Assembly: GCF_964355755.1 (NCBI RefSeq)
Contig: NC_092672.1
Location: 24,565,237-24,629,236, forward strand
Direction of reading: 5' to 3'
DNA from: Antedon mediterranea
Lineage: Eukaryota > Animalia > Echinodermata
DNA: 64,000 nt
The notes under the pieces are model-generated. The model worked only from the letters and a program-made list of their open reading frames with translations, ran no database searches and had not been told where the DNA came from. Position numbers and translations under genes: made by a program. Shown here in pieces: positions 11,337 to 24,491 of the stretch. Every line of letters begins with the position of its first letter. The stretch's first letter is position 1.

Positions 11337-14300
11337 TAGGCCATCGGGTGAAGAAAAAAAAGCCACTAGAAAACACTTTTCGCTCCAACCTCTTTAGTAT
11401 ACAAAAAATTGTCATAGATCAATCTATTAACATGTTTTAAGTAATAATTTGAACTTTTTCACCAAAATACCGTATCACATAAGCACAATTATCTTGATAA
11501 AAGACCATCGCTAGCCCGAAAGATTAAAAACATCCCGCTGAAGTAACAGGCAAAAAGCGTGGACGAGTACCGTGGTAATTGTACGTTGTTACGTCCCGAC
11601 TCGTTAGATCGCGTCAATTAAAATCTAATTGCGTCACTGTCAAGGTAAAACGCGTCAGGCTAAGTCAAGTCGCGTCATAAGTTAAATTACTGTAGTTTAT
11701 TTAATTTACAATTATAAACGAGTGTCTGCCATCAAATACACGTTATATATATAATTCTAAAAGCATTTGAATTATTTCTTTATTTCTATCAATACTTTTG
11801 AAAATTAAACCATTTAATTAAGACCACAACACATTTCAACTAAATTTTAATGTTTAGATTTACAAGATACAAGATAACTTTATTGTCAATAAGTTCATCA
11901 ACGAAAGATTTGAAATTGGTTTTTCTCATGGCAACTTAATATAAAAATAGAATAAAATCATTTCATCATGTTGTGCCTTGGCCACTTGTGGTTTCTTCAT
12001 TAAAATCAATGTTGTCCCAAACCATAGTAACAAGTTCCCCACGCCTGAAACCATCCGGAACAGCATTAGCAGTGGACAATCGAAACATCGCAAGACTTGT
12101 TTCGTATGAAACAATAGTGTCTGGAGAGCTACAATGTCCAAATTTACTTAATATATCTAAGAGGTGCGTGGAACCAGTCATATGCCTAACAGTAAGACCA
12201 AGTGCTAAGGATTTTGGTGTTTGTCGCCTGCCTCTTGAAGCTAAGTACACAATGTCTTGACAGATTGCCTCAAGTTTATTTCGGATTTCTTCTGGAACAC
12301 TTGCCATCGATGGATCAATGTGTTCCTGTACTGTGTTGGTACATATTGCCAAGATATTAAAAAGGTGGAATGGAATGATGTCACTCATAACTACATTGTT
12401 AATATCACTTGCTCGTGGAGGCCACTTATAGTCCATTGACTCTGATGTCTTGATTGCATTCTTTAAAATCAGGCCTGTAAAGACAAATAAAGTTACCATT
12501 AAATAGGCTATTATTTTAATGAATTCATATGTTGTCTAAAACAATTATACAATATGGTTTACCTGCTAAGTGAATTGTTCGTGATTCATCTTGCAAATGA
12601 TATCTTTCCTCTTTATTTGTAGTGGTAGATATATCAGGATTAACAGATGCATCTGATGACAGGTCAGTACTCTCTTCTGATTCCAAAAATTGCTCAGCAA
12701 AAGAGCCTGTGGATATGTCAGCAAAATAAACCATGGTTGCCTCATTCCTAAAAAATGCCAAAAAAAGTATAATTACTTTATTATAATATAGTATACATAC
12801 ATTCAAATTGTTAAAAAAAAAAGCATTCCAATTTTTTATGGGTTACCATCTATATATCTACAATTTGTAATTACTAACCTTCTACTTGGTAAATGGAATA
12901 CAAGCTCTGGAAAATCTTTTTCGAGTTTTGCTTTTAGTAAATCTGACCTGTTATAAAACAAAATATTGCATTAGAAGCTATAACTTATTGTGAAGGTAAA
13001 TTAAATTAACAATATCATTATTACGCATATGTTCCATTGTAAGGTAAGAAAATTAATCAAACTGCATACAGTACCTTACATATCCCAAATTAATATGTTC
13101 CTCTTCTTCTTCTTGAATACTTCTGAAGTTTACTTAATCTGATGATTTCTTGACCGGTTTTCATTCTTTCTTTAATAATTGTTTCACAAAACACATTGTA
13201 GCCTTTTTTATGTTCATCAAAAAATGACTTTGTTGAAGACCTGAACAAATAATGACAAATCTCTTGGTTGGTATATGATATATATCAAATTAATATATAC
13301 AGTAATAATAATATGTATAATAATAAGGCTTACATACAATAACTTAACATAAATAAAATTAAACATACTTTGCATGAATATGTTTCTTTCGGTGCACAAT
13401 TTTTATATATTCCCTGTAGCATGAGTCATGGTACCTCACTTCAATGCAAGCACAGCTCTTTCCGTGTATGTCCTTTAACATTTCTTGGTCATTTTTCATT
13501 TCAGCAGCTGCTCTTAGGAATCCTTTAAATATACAGCATAAAAAAATGGTTAATAAGTTATATATGTACATAATCTATACCACGTACAAAAAATTGTATT
13601 AATTGTTTTAAAAGGCTCTTACCTGCATCATCTGTGAGAGCCTTTCTCAATTTCTGGTTGCAGGTTTTGTAATTTTTTCTAATCTGCTTCTGTGCCTTCT
13701 TACAAATGATACATAGGCTAGTGAATGTGTTAAACTTACCAATTCTATCGTTCTTGTGTTGATGTATTTACGATAACAATGGTGATGAAATCCAAAATAT
13801 GGATGCTTTGTTATTATGTCTTCATATGACGCATTAAGAATATCTAGGCCTAGCTCGGATACTAGTTTATTAGCAATATCTTTACAGGTACCATCTAAGT
13901 TTACCCATAACTTGGTACAAGCAACAACCTTATAAAATCGAACTTCCGTAATTGGAAATGCCGTTTTATCAGTAATGTTTTCATGGTGAAAACAACATTT
14001 TATTTGAAGATCACAAACGTGGCTTTCATCAATCGAAGCCATGCTGTTGTGTGCACAGTTCATGTCACGCGTCCATATTCACCAAATCGTTAACAATTGT
14101 TGTACTAAAATTACGATAATACTGTTTTATTATCAAGTTTTCTGTTATAATTAATATACTAAATATCACTGAGCTTCTTCAATGTAGTTTTTGTGAATAA
14201 ATATTTTATTTAATGAATAAAACCTCAATGAAAAAAAAACATTTTTTGGCTAAAAGAGTTTCGTGTGGAAAAGGTCATGGGTCAACACAATGTAAAAAAA

Positions 14301-14471
14301 TTTTCAAATACTGACGTTGAAATGTGATTTCCTTGTTATATGATACGTTTTTTAGGTGAAACTTTGTGTTATTACTTTTAAAATATTATTAACATAATTA
14401 TCATGTAGAGTTTTTTTAGGCTAATGAGACTGGAACGGGATTGAACGATAGGATTTTCACCCGATGGCCTA
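11337..14471 (-). mobile_element. Internally deleted Academ DNA transposon
   Basis: Perfect 16-bp TIR TAGGCCATCGGGTGAA at both ends, with TAG...CTA termini. Flanks CTAA/CTAG form an imperfect 4-bp TSD. Contains Academ-type transposase fragments. Confidence 0.8.
11966..14063 (-). pseudogene. Academ transposase pseudogene, N-terminal half only
   Basis: Exonic fragments: RAAAEMKNDQEMLKDIHGKSCACIEVRYHDSCY; TPKSLALGLTVRHMTGSTHLLDILSKFGHC; VWDNIDFNEETTSGQGTT*. Coding stops right after the first catalytic-D motif, and stops/frameshifts occur upstream. Confidence 0.75.
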
Positions 14472-15466
14472 CTAGAAGCTCATATTTGTGTAGCATATAA
14501 TTATTGCAAGTCAAAAAAGTACAGTATTTTAGCCTGCCTCCTCTCCTTCCTCATCATCAGTAGTCTAGCCTACAACCGGTCCCCGGGAACCGGCCCCGCT
14601 CCCGTGCGTCGTAGGCCTCCTCCCTCCGCCTATTTGATACTAGGCCTTTGATACTAAGCTTTAATAGGTCTATATATTACAGTATTGTTATTTTGGTCTC
14701 TCCAGACACAATGGGAAAACTATTTTGTGCATATTAATAAATGTTTATCGTAGGCCTACACCACCATACTTAATATAATATTATGAATATTGCTTTGTGT
14801 AAAATTAAAAAGGACTTGAACTTGGAGTAAACAGGCAGATGAGAAGTACTAATAGGCCTAGTAGTAGTAGGCCTATTCCTATCCATATCTATAGCCTAGG
14901 CTAGGCCTAATTCGGAAAAATTGAGGATCCGATGAATGATGATGAAGAAGGAACAGGCAAGTTAGGTTAGCCTACTACTAGACCTATAAATGAATGGGTA
15001 AACTAGGCCTATAAATAACACGATCAGAATATTTATGATTGTAAAGGGGCAAAATATTTTCTAAGGTAAGTTATACTTAGGCCTATAGGCTATCTATTTA
15101 GAATTTGAAGGATTATTGTTTTTAAAAGAAATGTAATTACTAACTGTAAACGTATAAACGGTAAACAAAAAAACACATACGTATCTGATTAGGCCTATAT
15201 ATAATATATTGCGCTTTTCGTTATATTTGTAGGAGTCATTGCAAAAACAACATTAGATGAAAAACACTTTTTGAAATTGAAATGGGTTTATCCCAGGACA
15301 ACCATATCATCACCTTCATTTAATTTGTTTAGAAAATGTTCGAAAATTACTTTTTAAAAAGTGTTGTTTTACATTAATTACTGAGAATTTATTAATTGGA
15401 AATATTATCGATGATGTTATGGCTGTTTCGATCCTTACAGTTAGGGAGGTGGCTATTGATTGGATC

Positions 15467-17094
15467 GGTTCTAGGACACCTACCCCCTAGACAGTTACCC
15501 CCCGGATGTTTACCACCCGGACAACTACCCCCTTAGGACAACTACCCCCCCGGACAACTACCCCCCGGGCAACTACCCCCTTAGGACAACTACCCCCTTA
15601 GGATAACAACCCCCCGGACAACCACCCCCTTAGGACAACTACCCCCTTAGGATAACTACCCCCCGGTCAACTACCCTCCGATCAACTACCCCCCCCCCCC
15701 CCAATCCAAAAGTAGACAAATATATAGGACCGGTTTCTGTAAAAATGAAATCATCTGTTTTTAACGGGTGTTTCGAAACTAGAGACCCGAGACCAGAGAC
15801 CTGACACGAGACCCAATACGAAAAGGGAGACCTATATTTCGTATATTAGGGTCTCCCTTTTCGTATAGTGTGGTCTCTCTTTTCGTATAGTGGGGTCTCC
15901 CTTTTCTTATAGTGGGTCTCCCTTTTCGTATATTTAGGTCTCCCATTTCGTATATTTGGGTCTCCCTTTTCGTATATTTGGTCTCCCTTTTCGTATATTT
16001 AGGTCTCTCTTTTCGTATATTAGGGTCTCCCTTTTCGTATAGTGGGGTCTCCCTTTTCGTATAGTGGGGTCTCCCTTTTCGTACGTGGGTCTCCCTTTTC
16101 GTATATTTAGGTCTCCCTTTTCGTATTGGGTCTCGGGTCTCTGGTCTCGGGTCTCTAGTTTCGAAACACCCGTTTTTAACCGATTATTCTGTTTAACAGC
16201 ACGCTAGACCCTAGATGTGCTAGATTTAAAGTACCGTATTTATTGAAAAAACGGCCTGGGCTGTTTATTGTTTAGGTGGTTTTTAGGTGGACATTTATTG
16301 GAAGAAAGTTGTTTATTCAATGGGAGGGGGTATAATCTAATGGAAATAGACGCCGATTATTCCATATGATGTTTCATGGGAGTGACATGTTCACCGTTTA
16401 TTTGAGGGGAATTTATTTAAAGATCGACGTTTATTCGGTGAGTGAACATTGAGGTCAAATATCAAAAGTGATATTATTCTTCAAGTGTACAAAAATACAT
16501 ATATGACAAATTTGAGACAAAAATTAATTCTTTTAAGACCAGTGGTTATCGAAGCATTGTCCTGACGCAAAAATCCTATCCTATGATCATGTGTGACAAT
16601 CTTCAGTTTATACCACCAGGCTATATTTATGTTCAATCTTTTACTTTTGTTTACAATAATGAATAGTAATTCGTCAAAGTAACGAATTAAAATATAGTTA
16701 TTAATTAATAGTTGCAGAGTCAGGTTGTTGAATGGTCTGGGTGGTTAGGGTGTTCTAAAGGGATAGTTTTCTGGGTGGTAATTGTCCGGGTGGTAATTGT
16801 CCGGGGGTAATTGTCCGGGGGGTAATTGTCCGGGGGGTAATTGTTCCTAGGGGGTAATTGTCCGGGGGGTAGTTGTCCAGGGGGTAGTTGTCCTAAGGGG
16901 GTTGTTGTCCTAAGGGGGTTGTTGTCCTAAGGGGGTAGTTGTCCAGGGGGTAGTTGTCCGGGGGGGGGGGTATTTGTCCGGGGGTAGTTGTCCTAAAGGG
17001 GTAGTTGTTCTAAGGGGGTAGTGGTCCAGGTGGTGGTTGTCCGGGGGGTAGTTGTCCGGGGGGTAAATGTCCAGGGGGTGAATATCCGGATACG
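15467..17094. mobile_element. Non-autonomous foldback element with long modular TIRs (MULE-like)
   Basis: Left arm is tandem GGACAACTACCCCC(C/TTA) units (15467-15700); right arm is the reverse complement (~16740-17094). 9-bp TSD GATTGGATC at 15458-15466 and 17095-17103. Confidence 0.8.
15766..16171. mobile_element. 406-bp MITE (MULE-like) nested in the foldback element
   Basis: TIR GGGTGTTTCGAAACTAGAGACCCGAGACCAGAGACC, 9-bp TSD GTTTTTAAC (15757-15765, 16172-16180), and an internal ~23-bp tandem repeat GGTCTCCCTTTTCGTATA... Confidence 0.88.
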
Positions 17095-18159
17095 GATTGG
17101 ATCTCCTGCATAAAACGAAACATGCATTGTCTATGCAGGAGTGCATATTGCACTCATCAGCTGGTAAACCAATAGCGTAATACCCTCAAAATATTAAAGC
17201 AACTCAACTTGGTCATAAACATGTTAATCGAAAGGTATGGTGTAAAACGTAAACATAGTAAGGTAAGTGTGATGATAATAATACGATAAGAAATCAACTC
17301 GTTGTTAGTATTACTAAAGATGAGGTGTTAAATAATGATATAATAATGTAATTAACTATATAACGATCAAAGTAGCCGTGGCGGCCCAGCAAAAGGTGTG
17401 GTACATAAAGTAAACTGTCTTTAGAATTAATACTGCTGGTACATGTATTTAAAACAAAAATAACTCAATTCAAAGCAAAACCAACATTAACCCTAATCAA
17501 ATAATAACTTACCGTCTGTTACAAATTACTGTCTTTCCTATAGCCTAATACCCTCAACAAGTTAACAAAACTCAACTTGGTCATCCAATATCGTAAAAAC
17601 AATGAAAACCTATTCAATAATATAAAAAAACTCCAAAGTGTTGTTTTAACTCGTTATTAAATCATAAACAACAAATCGTAAAAGATGGAACACTGATAAT
17701 AATGCCGGATGAGTATTGCAGAGGGTTTTGAAAATCTCATATTTTTTGGCTATATTGTATTACTATGACATATTATCCTACATCGGCAGATCGGTGTTCA
17801 ATCATTTACGATATTAATACAAATAATTATTTAGAATAAATAATGGACATTGTTAGTAAAACAAAAAACTTATCACATATTTTATTCTGAAATAAAAGAA
17901 AAAAATATCAGACAACCAAAATGTTGCCAATTACTACCGATAACAATGAATCAGTTTAATCATCATTTTAGTGTAAGATTTAAGCAAAATATTACCGTAA
18001 TGAAATTTGTATATTTACTTTTATAACAGATTTCTTTTAATTTCTAGATGTCTTTCCTTCATGGCGTAAAGAGTTCGGTAGAATCACAGTATTTCAGAAC
18101 GGGAGTACCGACCAGGATTTTCTATTTATAAGTCTAAATTTTGGCGGGATTAAATGTAT

Positions 18160-18820
18160 TCGGCATAGTCGTCTTAAATTTACATCTCGATTTTTTGGCG
18201 AAATTTTAATCGGGATAATGCACAAAAACGAATTTTAACCGGGGTATCGATCGGGGTTCTTGGCGGGATCCCGATCGATATCCCGGTTAAAAATCCCGTT
18301 CGTTTTTGCGCATTATCCCGATTACAATTTCACCGATGATCGACCGAAATTCCCGACCAAAAATCCCGATTTTTCGTGAATCCCGATAAAAATCACGATG
18401 AAAATCCCGATACGGAATGAGTAATCGGGATTCCCAAAAGATCGGGACGTCGTCCGGGATCCCGATATTTTCGACCGAAATTCCCGACCAAAAATCCCGA
18501 TTTTTCGTGAATCCCGATGAAAATCCCGATACGGGATGGGTAATCGGGAAATCCCAAAAATCGGGACGTCGTTCGAGATCCCGGTATTTTCGACCGAAAT
18601 TCCCGACCAAAAATCCCGATTTTTCGTGAATCCCGATAAAAATCCCGATATGGATGGGTAATCGGGATTCCCAAAAGATCGGGACGTCAATCGGGATCCC
18701 GATATTTTCGACCGAAATTCCCGACCAAAAATTTCGGTCGAAAATATCGGGATCACGGCGAGATCCCGGCGGGATCCCGACCGTGATATCGGTGGGATCC
18801 CGGATGTTTTTTCTATAGGA
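18160..18820. repeat. CpG-rich ~120-bp tandem array built of ATCCCGA/TCGGGAT modules; probable DNA-transposon arm
   Basis: CGACCGAAATTCCCGACCAAAAAT recurs at about 18341, 18472, 18591 and 18710. The array ends ...TTTTTTCTATAGG. The overlapping ORFs here are repeat artefacts. Confidence 0.75.
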
Positions 18821-19307
18821 ATTAATAATTATAAAAAATATAAACGTCGTAGTAGTGTATCGTTACATGTACTTTACTATTTCGGTCGACTATAACACGG
18901 AAAATTTTAAAAAAGCATTATAAATCGTAAATATTTTACTGTGTTTAGTGGTATATTATTAATAGGCCTATAAAACATTTAAAACAATATTTCGTTACTG
19001 AGTGGATAGAGAATATATTTAAAAATTGTTCTTCCCATCTTCTTCCCCATCCCTCAACTCTAATGTTATATACAAAACACAAATTGGGTTTGTTTAAATG
19101 AGTTCAGATAAAAAAATTGAACTCATTTTTAAGAGGAGGCCTAATTCCCAGGGTGATAATTTTACATATATCATCATGTCTATTATTCGTTTCTGTAAAT
19201 GACAATGTACTATAGTCCTGCGGTACGTACATTTTTTACGCTGAAATGACTGTGTATTCGAGAACCATCTGTGGGCACGACCTAGATGGTACGCGAGCGA
19301 AGCGAAA
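18821..19307 (+). mobile_element. Partial Helitron copy (3' part), same family as 58788-60345
   Basis: Reverse-complement match to about 58800-59328 (e.g. TATTCGAGAACCATCTGTGGGCACGACCTAGATGGTACGCGAGCGAAGCGA). Truncated inside the 3' hairpin. Confidence 0.8.
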
Positions 19308-21776
19308 TTTCATATTTTTGGTGGTATATTGTTCTGTATAATTTTGAAGATCCTAAGTTGTTTAAATTTAACCAATGGCAGCATATCATTAAAATTATTT
19401 GAGTTGCTCCTACAGCCTTGTGTTAAATGTTAGTTGGAACCATTGTTATAATTTTAAATCTTTTGGTTTAGGAATTAAATTCAAGCCTACAGTATTAAAT
19501 TCTATTGGCTTGTTACTCATATATCTTGGTTAAATTTAGCTATTTTAGGGCTTTCAACAATCTACAAATACAACATTTAAATTTTTATGGACTAATATAC
19601 AATATTATTTGGCTTTTCAAAATCTACAGTATTCTAGCTAATTTTGGGGTTTTTTTTGTGTTAAACAGTTTATGAGAAAAAATTGCTTTAATCGATTGAA
19701 GCTTATTACACTAACATTATTGTGATTATAATCAAGAATTTGCAAATGACAAGGCAATTAAATTAGTTTAACAATACATTGATAAAGGTACACACTAGTG
19801 TAGCCAACAATTCTTGTGTACTGTAAGCCACATTTAAATTTCTACATAATGCATTGCTCTATAGTTCTAAATTACGACGGTGAACCTCGCTCTTCAATAT
19901 TATTTTGAATTATACTAAATTGTTTAATCTATAAATGAAAGGAAAACAATTTCTTATATAGTAGTTTTCATTCATTCATTTTTTGTTAATCCCATGAATT
20001 ATTAAACAAATAATTACATACATCTATTATGTATTTTTGTTTATGTGCAAAAAGTAGGCTAGATAATAAGCAGCACTTAGCACAATCAATTGATTGTCTA
20101 CAAGATTCCAATTGTACAACTCTGTCTATAACCAATGCTAATTACATATAATTCAAGCATTCAATTTGTTATCAAACAATAGATAACAAATTTGATACAT
20201 AGCAAAGCAGAATTGTTTCTATGAATTAAAATGCCCACATAAAATATCCAACACAAGAAACAGATTTAATGTCTAAGGTATAATCTCTTTAAAGCCTTAC
20301 CGAAGATGGTGATTTTTTTAGTCATATTCTCTGACAACATAGATGAAAAGGTATAGCATGTATAGTATAATGAACACAATGATGATGAAAACAATTATGA
20401 AGTATCATATAAAGAAGATATATACTGTCACACTTTGTAATAAACAATGCACTTTATTACAAGTTTGTATCACTTCGGAATAACCTGTCACTTTGTAACT
20501 AATAATTTGTGTGAGAAGTGTGATAATTACAGGATATTACAACAATAGTGAAACAGTAAAACAGGATTATATACAAACAATGAGGACATTTTTAATTTAA
20601 ATAAATGTTCAGTACGATTTATAAAGTTTTATTGTGAGACAAATTTCATTATTATCATATAGCATTCCATTATTCTGTACATTTTCATCAATATTATCTC
20701 CAATAAAGTTATGTTTTTACTTTATAGTATAAGGTATGTTATGTATGATATGTATGCCTATTTTTAATAATAGGATTAGGAGGACCAAATCATAATTAAA
20801 AAGAATGTCAAATATTTTTTCTGCTATTTTTTTCCCAAAATAGTTTTGCTTTATTTATTTTCTTTGGCCTTATATTTATTTTGACCAATATTCTATCTAT
20901 GCATATAGAACAAACAAAATGCCATAAGTAAGAAGCAATTATTTTATTAACCGATAGAAGCATAATGTATATTTTCAAATGTAAAACAAATTGGAATAGC
21001 TCACACAAAACAATAAATTGTACATGCTTTATAAAACAATATTTAAAAAAATATTGTTTCGAAAATTAACTGAAGACATTGTTGTGGGAAAATAGGACAA
21101 GTAGATCAGAATGCAAGATAAACATTTATTATTCAATAAGGATGTTGTATAAAACTATAAGATATTTAATCATTTTATTTTATTACGTATTACATGTTGT
21201 ACTGTATGTTTTGTAATATGGTTAATGTTTAATATATTCAATAGAATGGTCATACAGCATTACATGTTGCTGCTCAAGTGGGCAGTACTGAAAACTGCAA
21301 TCAGATATGCCTGCATGGCGCAAAATGTTCAAAATAAGTCATACATTCATTATTATTCATTATATGTTAATCTGAAATTTCACTCTTCATTTTACTTATA
21401 CAGTAATTGAATAGTAATACATTCTAAAAATGTTTTAAAAAAAACCAGAATTGATCATTAAATGTGTAATAATATGCCAAAATAGTATGAATAATTTTAT
21501 TCTGAAATAATTATGAACAACACTTGTTATTTGTATAAAATAAAATTCTCAAAATCATCATATTAAAACTTGTAATCAACTGTTTGTATTAGCAAATGTA
21601 CTTCACGTTTGTGCAGGCATGATCTTATACACATAAAACACAATATTTTTGATGTGAGTAAAAGATTTCATCATTCAATGCTAAAATGAGAACTTGAATT
21701 GTACAACACAGTTTTTAAATGTTTGTTATTTTATTTCATTTCATTTATTCATTCGACCAATAAACAGATACAGAAC

Positions 21777-22922
21777 AGCTCAATTCTTGGCCCTTTGTTG
21801 TTTATTTTATACATAAATGACTTACATGATAGTGTTGATGGGATTTGTAAAACAGTCCTCTATGCAGACGACACTGCGCTTTTTTATGCATGTAAATCAA
21901 ATGAAGAGCTTACAACAGTTTTAACTGAACAGTTGGAAAATGTAAAACAATGGTTAGATAAACATAAATTAACTCTAAACATTGATAAAACCAAATACAT
22001 GCTTTTTGGTACTCATGCACGTGTTAATAAAACAACAGATGAAACAGTAATTTTTGATAACATTCCGATTGAGAAAGTTGAAACGTTTATATATTTGGGA
22101 CTTACATTTGATGAACAACTCTCATGGAAAGTACATATTGATTCTATATGTGCAAAACTATCAAAAATTCTACATCTATTTTATAGATTGAAAAGTTTTA
22201 CATCTCTTAAAATTATTAAAAGATTATACAATGCTCTATTTTTATCACATATTGACTATTGTTCAACAGTCTGGGGTACTGGTTCAAACGCCCATATTTT
22301 AAAATTGCAAAGGGTACAAAATAGAGCTGCACGATTAATACTAGGTGCTGATATTCGAACTCCTGTTAGACAAATGCATTATGATTTAGGTTGGCTAACA
22401 ATTAAGACAAGAATTGAATATCATACAATTTGTACAATATTTAGATGTTTACAAGAATCTGTACCTTCATACTTATGTGATGTTTTGCAATATATTAGTA
22501 GTGTACACAATATTCAAACCAGAAACTATGAAAAATAATCTGTTGTATTTGCCCAGATGTAACCTCGAAATATACAAACGTAGTTTTGTTTATTATGGAA
22601 GTTCACTCTGGAATGGCCTACCTTATGAATTAAGAAAACAAAACAATTATAACCGTTTTAAATCACTTGTTAAGATTCATTTATTGTTGCCGGTGGTCTA
22701 GGATGGTTCCAGTGAAATATATTTAAATATGGTATAAAAGTATAATAATAATGAGAACATGCATTGAAGTTTAGTTTTAGTTTAAGTTTTAGTTTAAGTT
22801 TAGTTTAAGTTGTTTTCAAATTTTGTTTAAATGTGCCGTAGGGCCCCTCGGAAGAGCAGTTTTATTTTATTACTGAGAGGGCTACCATACTAAAAGAAAA
22901 CGAAATAAATAAATAAATAAAC
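21777..22922 (+). mobile_element. 5'-truncated CR1/L2-group LINE (RT C-terminal half, 3' UTR, (TAAA)n tail)
   Basis: SILGPLLFILYINDL, LYADDT, LTLNIDKTKYMLFG, IDYCSTVWG and LQRVQNRAARLI. Frameshift near 22530, then ...YYGSSLWNGLP. Ends in AAATAAATAAATAAATAAA. Confidence 0.9.
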
Positions 22923-24026
22923 AGAAAAAAGCACATGGTCAGGCAAAACAATTACTATAACCGCCCTGGCTTTTAAGTTTTAAACACGATGTAGCTCTCG
23001 TTCTGCGAAGCCTAGCAACTAACGAAAAACAGTGACGTAAAGCTTGAAAATCCCCTTTTAGAATTTGACATCAACTTTTGTGCCTTCTATTTGCATAAGC
23101 GATGTTTAGTTAGTAATACGCAGGGTGGTTCTGGGCGCTTTAGGTGCTAAAGGGGTAAAGAGCAATAGACATACTGTAAATTAAAACAACAAAATACAAA
23201 AAAATATTGCACCAAGTAAAACATTTGTACAAGCTTATTAAAAAGTCTCTTGATGTTCAAAATTAGTATAAGGGACCTATACATAAATATACAAAATTAA
23301 ATATTTAAAAGATTAATAATCGGTTATTGAAAATTTAACTACTGTAATATAATAGAAGTCGCCTTAACATAGTAGCACAAATTAAATTGTAAATTTTGAT
23401 TAAAATCTTTATTAACTCAAGATCCTGTATATAATTTAAAGGATAACGGAACAATAGACATAAATTGGCATTTCTCAACATTGGGACAATTAAGAATTGA
23501 GAATAGAGTTGTAGCTTGATGATTAAGACGGTCGGATAGCAATCTAAGGGTCCTGTGTTACATGTTTTTAAGAATAAAAACTTATTTCATTGTATCCTAT
23601 AACTTTTTTAAACATTGATGCTTTCAAGTAAATTTAAAACAATTAATGGATATTATAATTGAAGACTATCTAAGTTGTAATCCAGCAGATGCGGACATTC
23701 AGGCAACCCTTGTGAATCACAAACGTTAAAGAGTGAAAAAGTTCATTAAATTATGAAGCCTTGTCATAAAACAGTAGAATTGAAGCAATTTTATGATACA
23801 TTACAGAAGGATAATCACTAGATTTATTTTTACATTTCATCTGACTCCAAAATCTTATTTGTACAGTAGCCTTGTATGTTTAGCTAAAGAATATATTTAC
23901 ACTGACAGTACAGTATCTCAAGCTAACTTTAAATTATTTTTGTCATTTCTTAAAATATAAAACAAAAAACAGAAGAGCACAAAACAGGCCAATGTCAAAA
24001 TTATTATTATATTAAGTTAATTTATA

Positions 24027-24055
24027 CTAGAGTGTCCACGAGCAAAGCACGCCTA
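24027..24055 (-). mobile_element. Helitron-like 3' terminus (degenerate hairpin + CTAG|T)
   Basis: Minus strand reads GCGTGCTTTGCTCGTGGACACTCTAG|T. Confidence 0.4.
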
Positions 24056-24402
24056 CCTTATAAAATGAATAATGAATAATATATTAAGATTTAATGACAA
24101 TTTTTGGCAAAATGGGTTTTATAACCTAAAATTAGAGCAAATATACCAAAACATGAGCCCATATTATTAACATGATAATATTATGAACAATTTCATATTT
24201 TTTGGTGGTTGTTGTGCTTTGTATAGCAAATTTTGAAAATTTCTAATTAACCAATGACAAGCAAATCATAGGTAAAATTACTTGAGTTGCATCTAAAGCA
24301 TGTAGTACCTGTGTTGAATCTTAGTTAGAACCATTGTTATAATCTTAAGTCTTTGCTTTTTGAATCGATCATATTCAAGCCTTTTAGATAAAACTATTTA
24401 AT

Positions 24403-24445
24403 TCTACGAGTCGTACTGGCCGTCCAATGGACGGTAACCATCTAG
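24403..24445 (+). mobile_element. Helitron-like 3' terminus (hairpin + CTAG|T)
   Basis: Hairpin CCGTCCAATGGACGG followed by TAACCATCTAG|T. Confidence 0.5.
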
Positions 24446-24491
24446 TAAGTGATTTTGAGGTTCAGGAATCAAACATACTGTAGTACAGTAG

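Noticed and set aside
15840-16130. Regularly spaced ~23-bp repeats resembling a CRISPR array
   Set aside because: Head-to-tail tandem units without unique spacers, inside a MITE with TIRs and a TSD, in eukaryotic DNA with no cas genes.
16234-16440. Additional CCGTA-type mariner MITE
   Set aside because: Only the left end (TA|CCGTATTTATT) is clear; a matching right TIR and TSD could not be established.
16910-17146. Pro-rich 78-aa ORF
   Set aside because: Translation of the foldback arm modules.
17138-17165. Second hammerhead candidate (minus strand CTGATGAGTGCAATATGCAC)
   Set aside because: No GAAA box follows stem II; only a short palindrome.
18287-18756. Several overlapping ORFs with repeated peptides
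   Set aside because: Translation artefacts of the tandem array.
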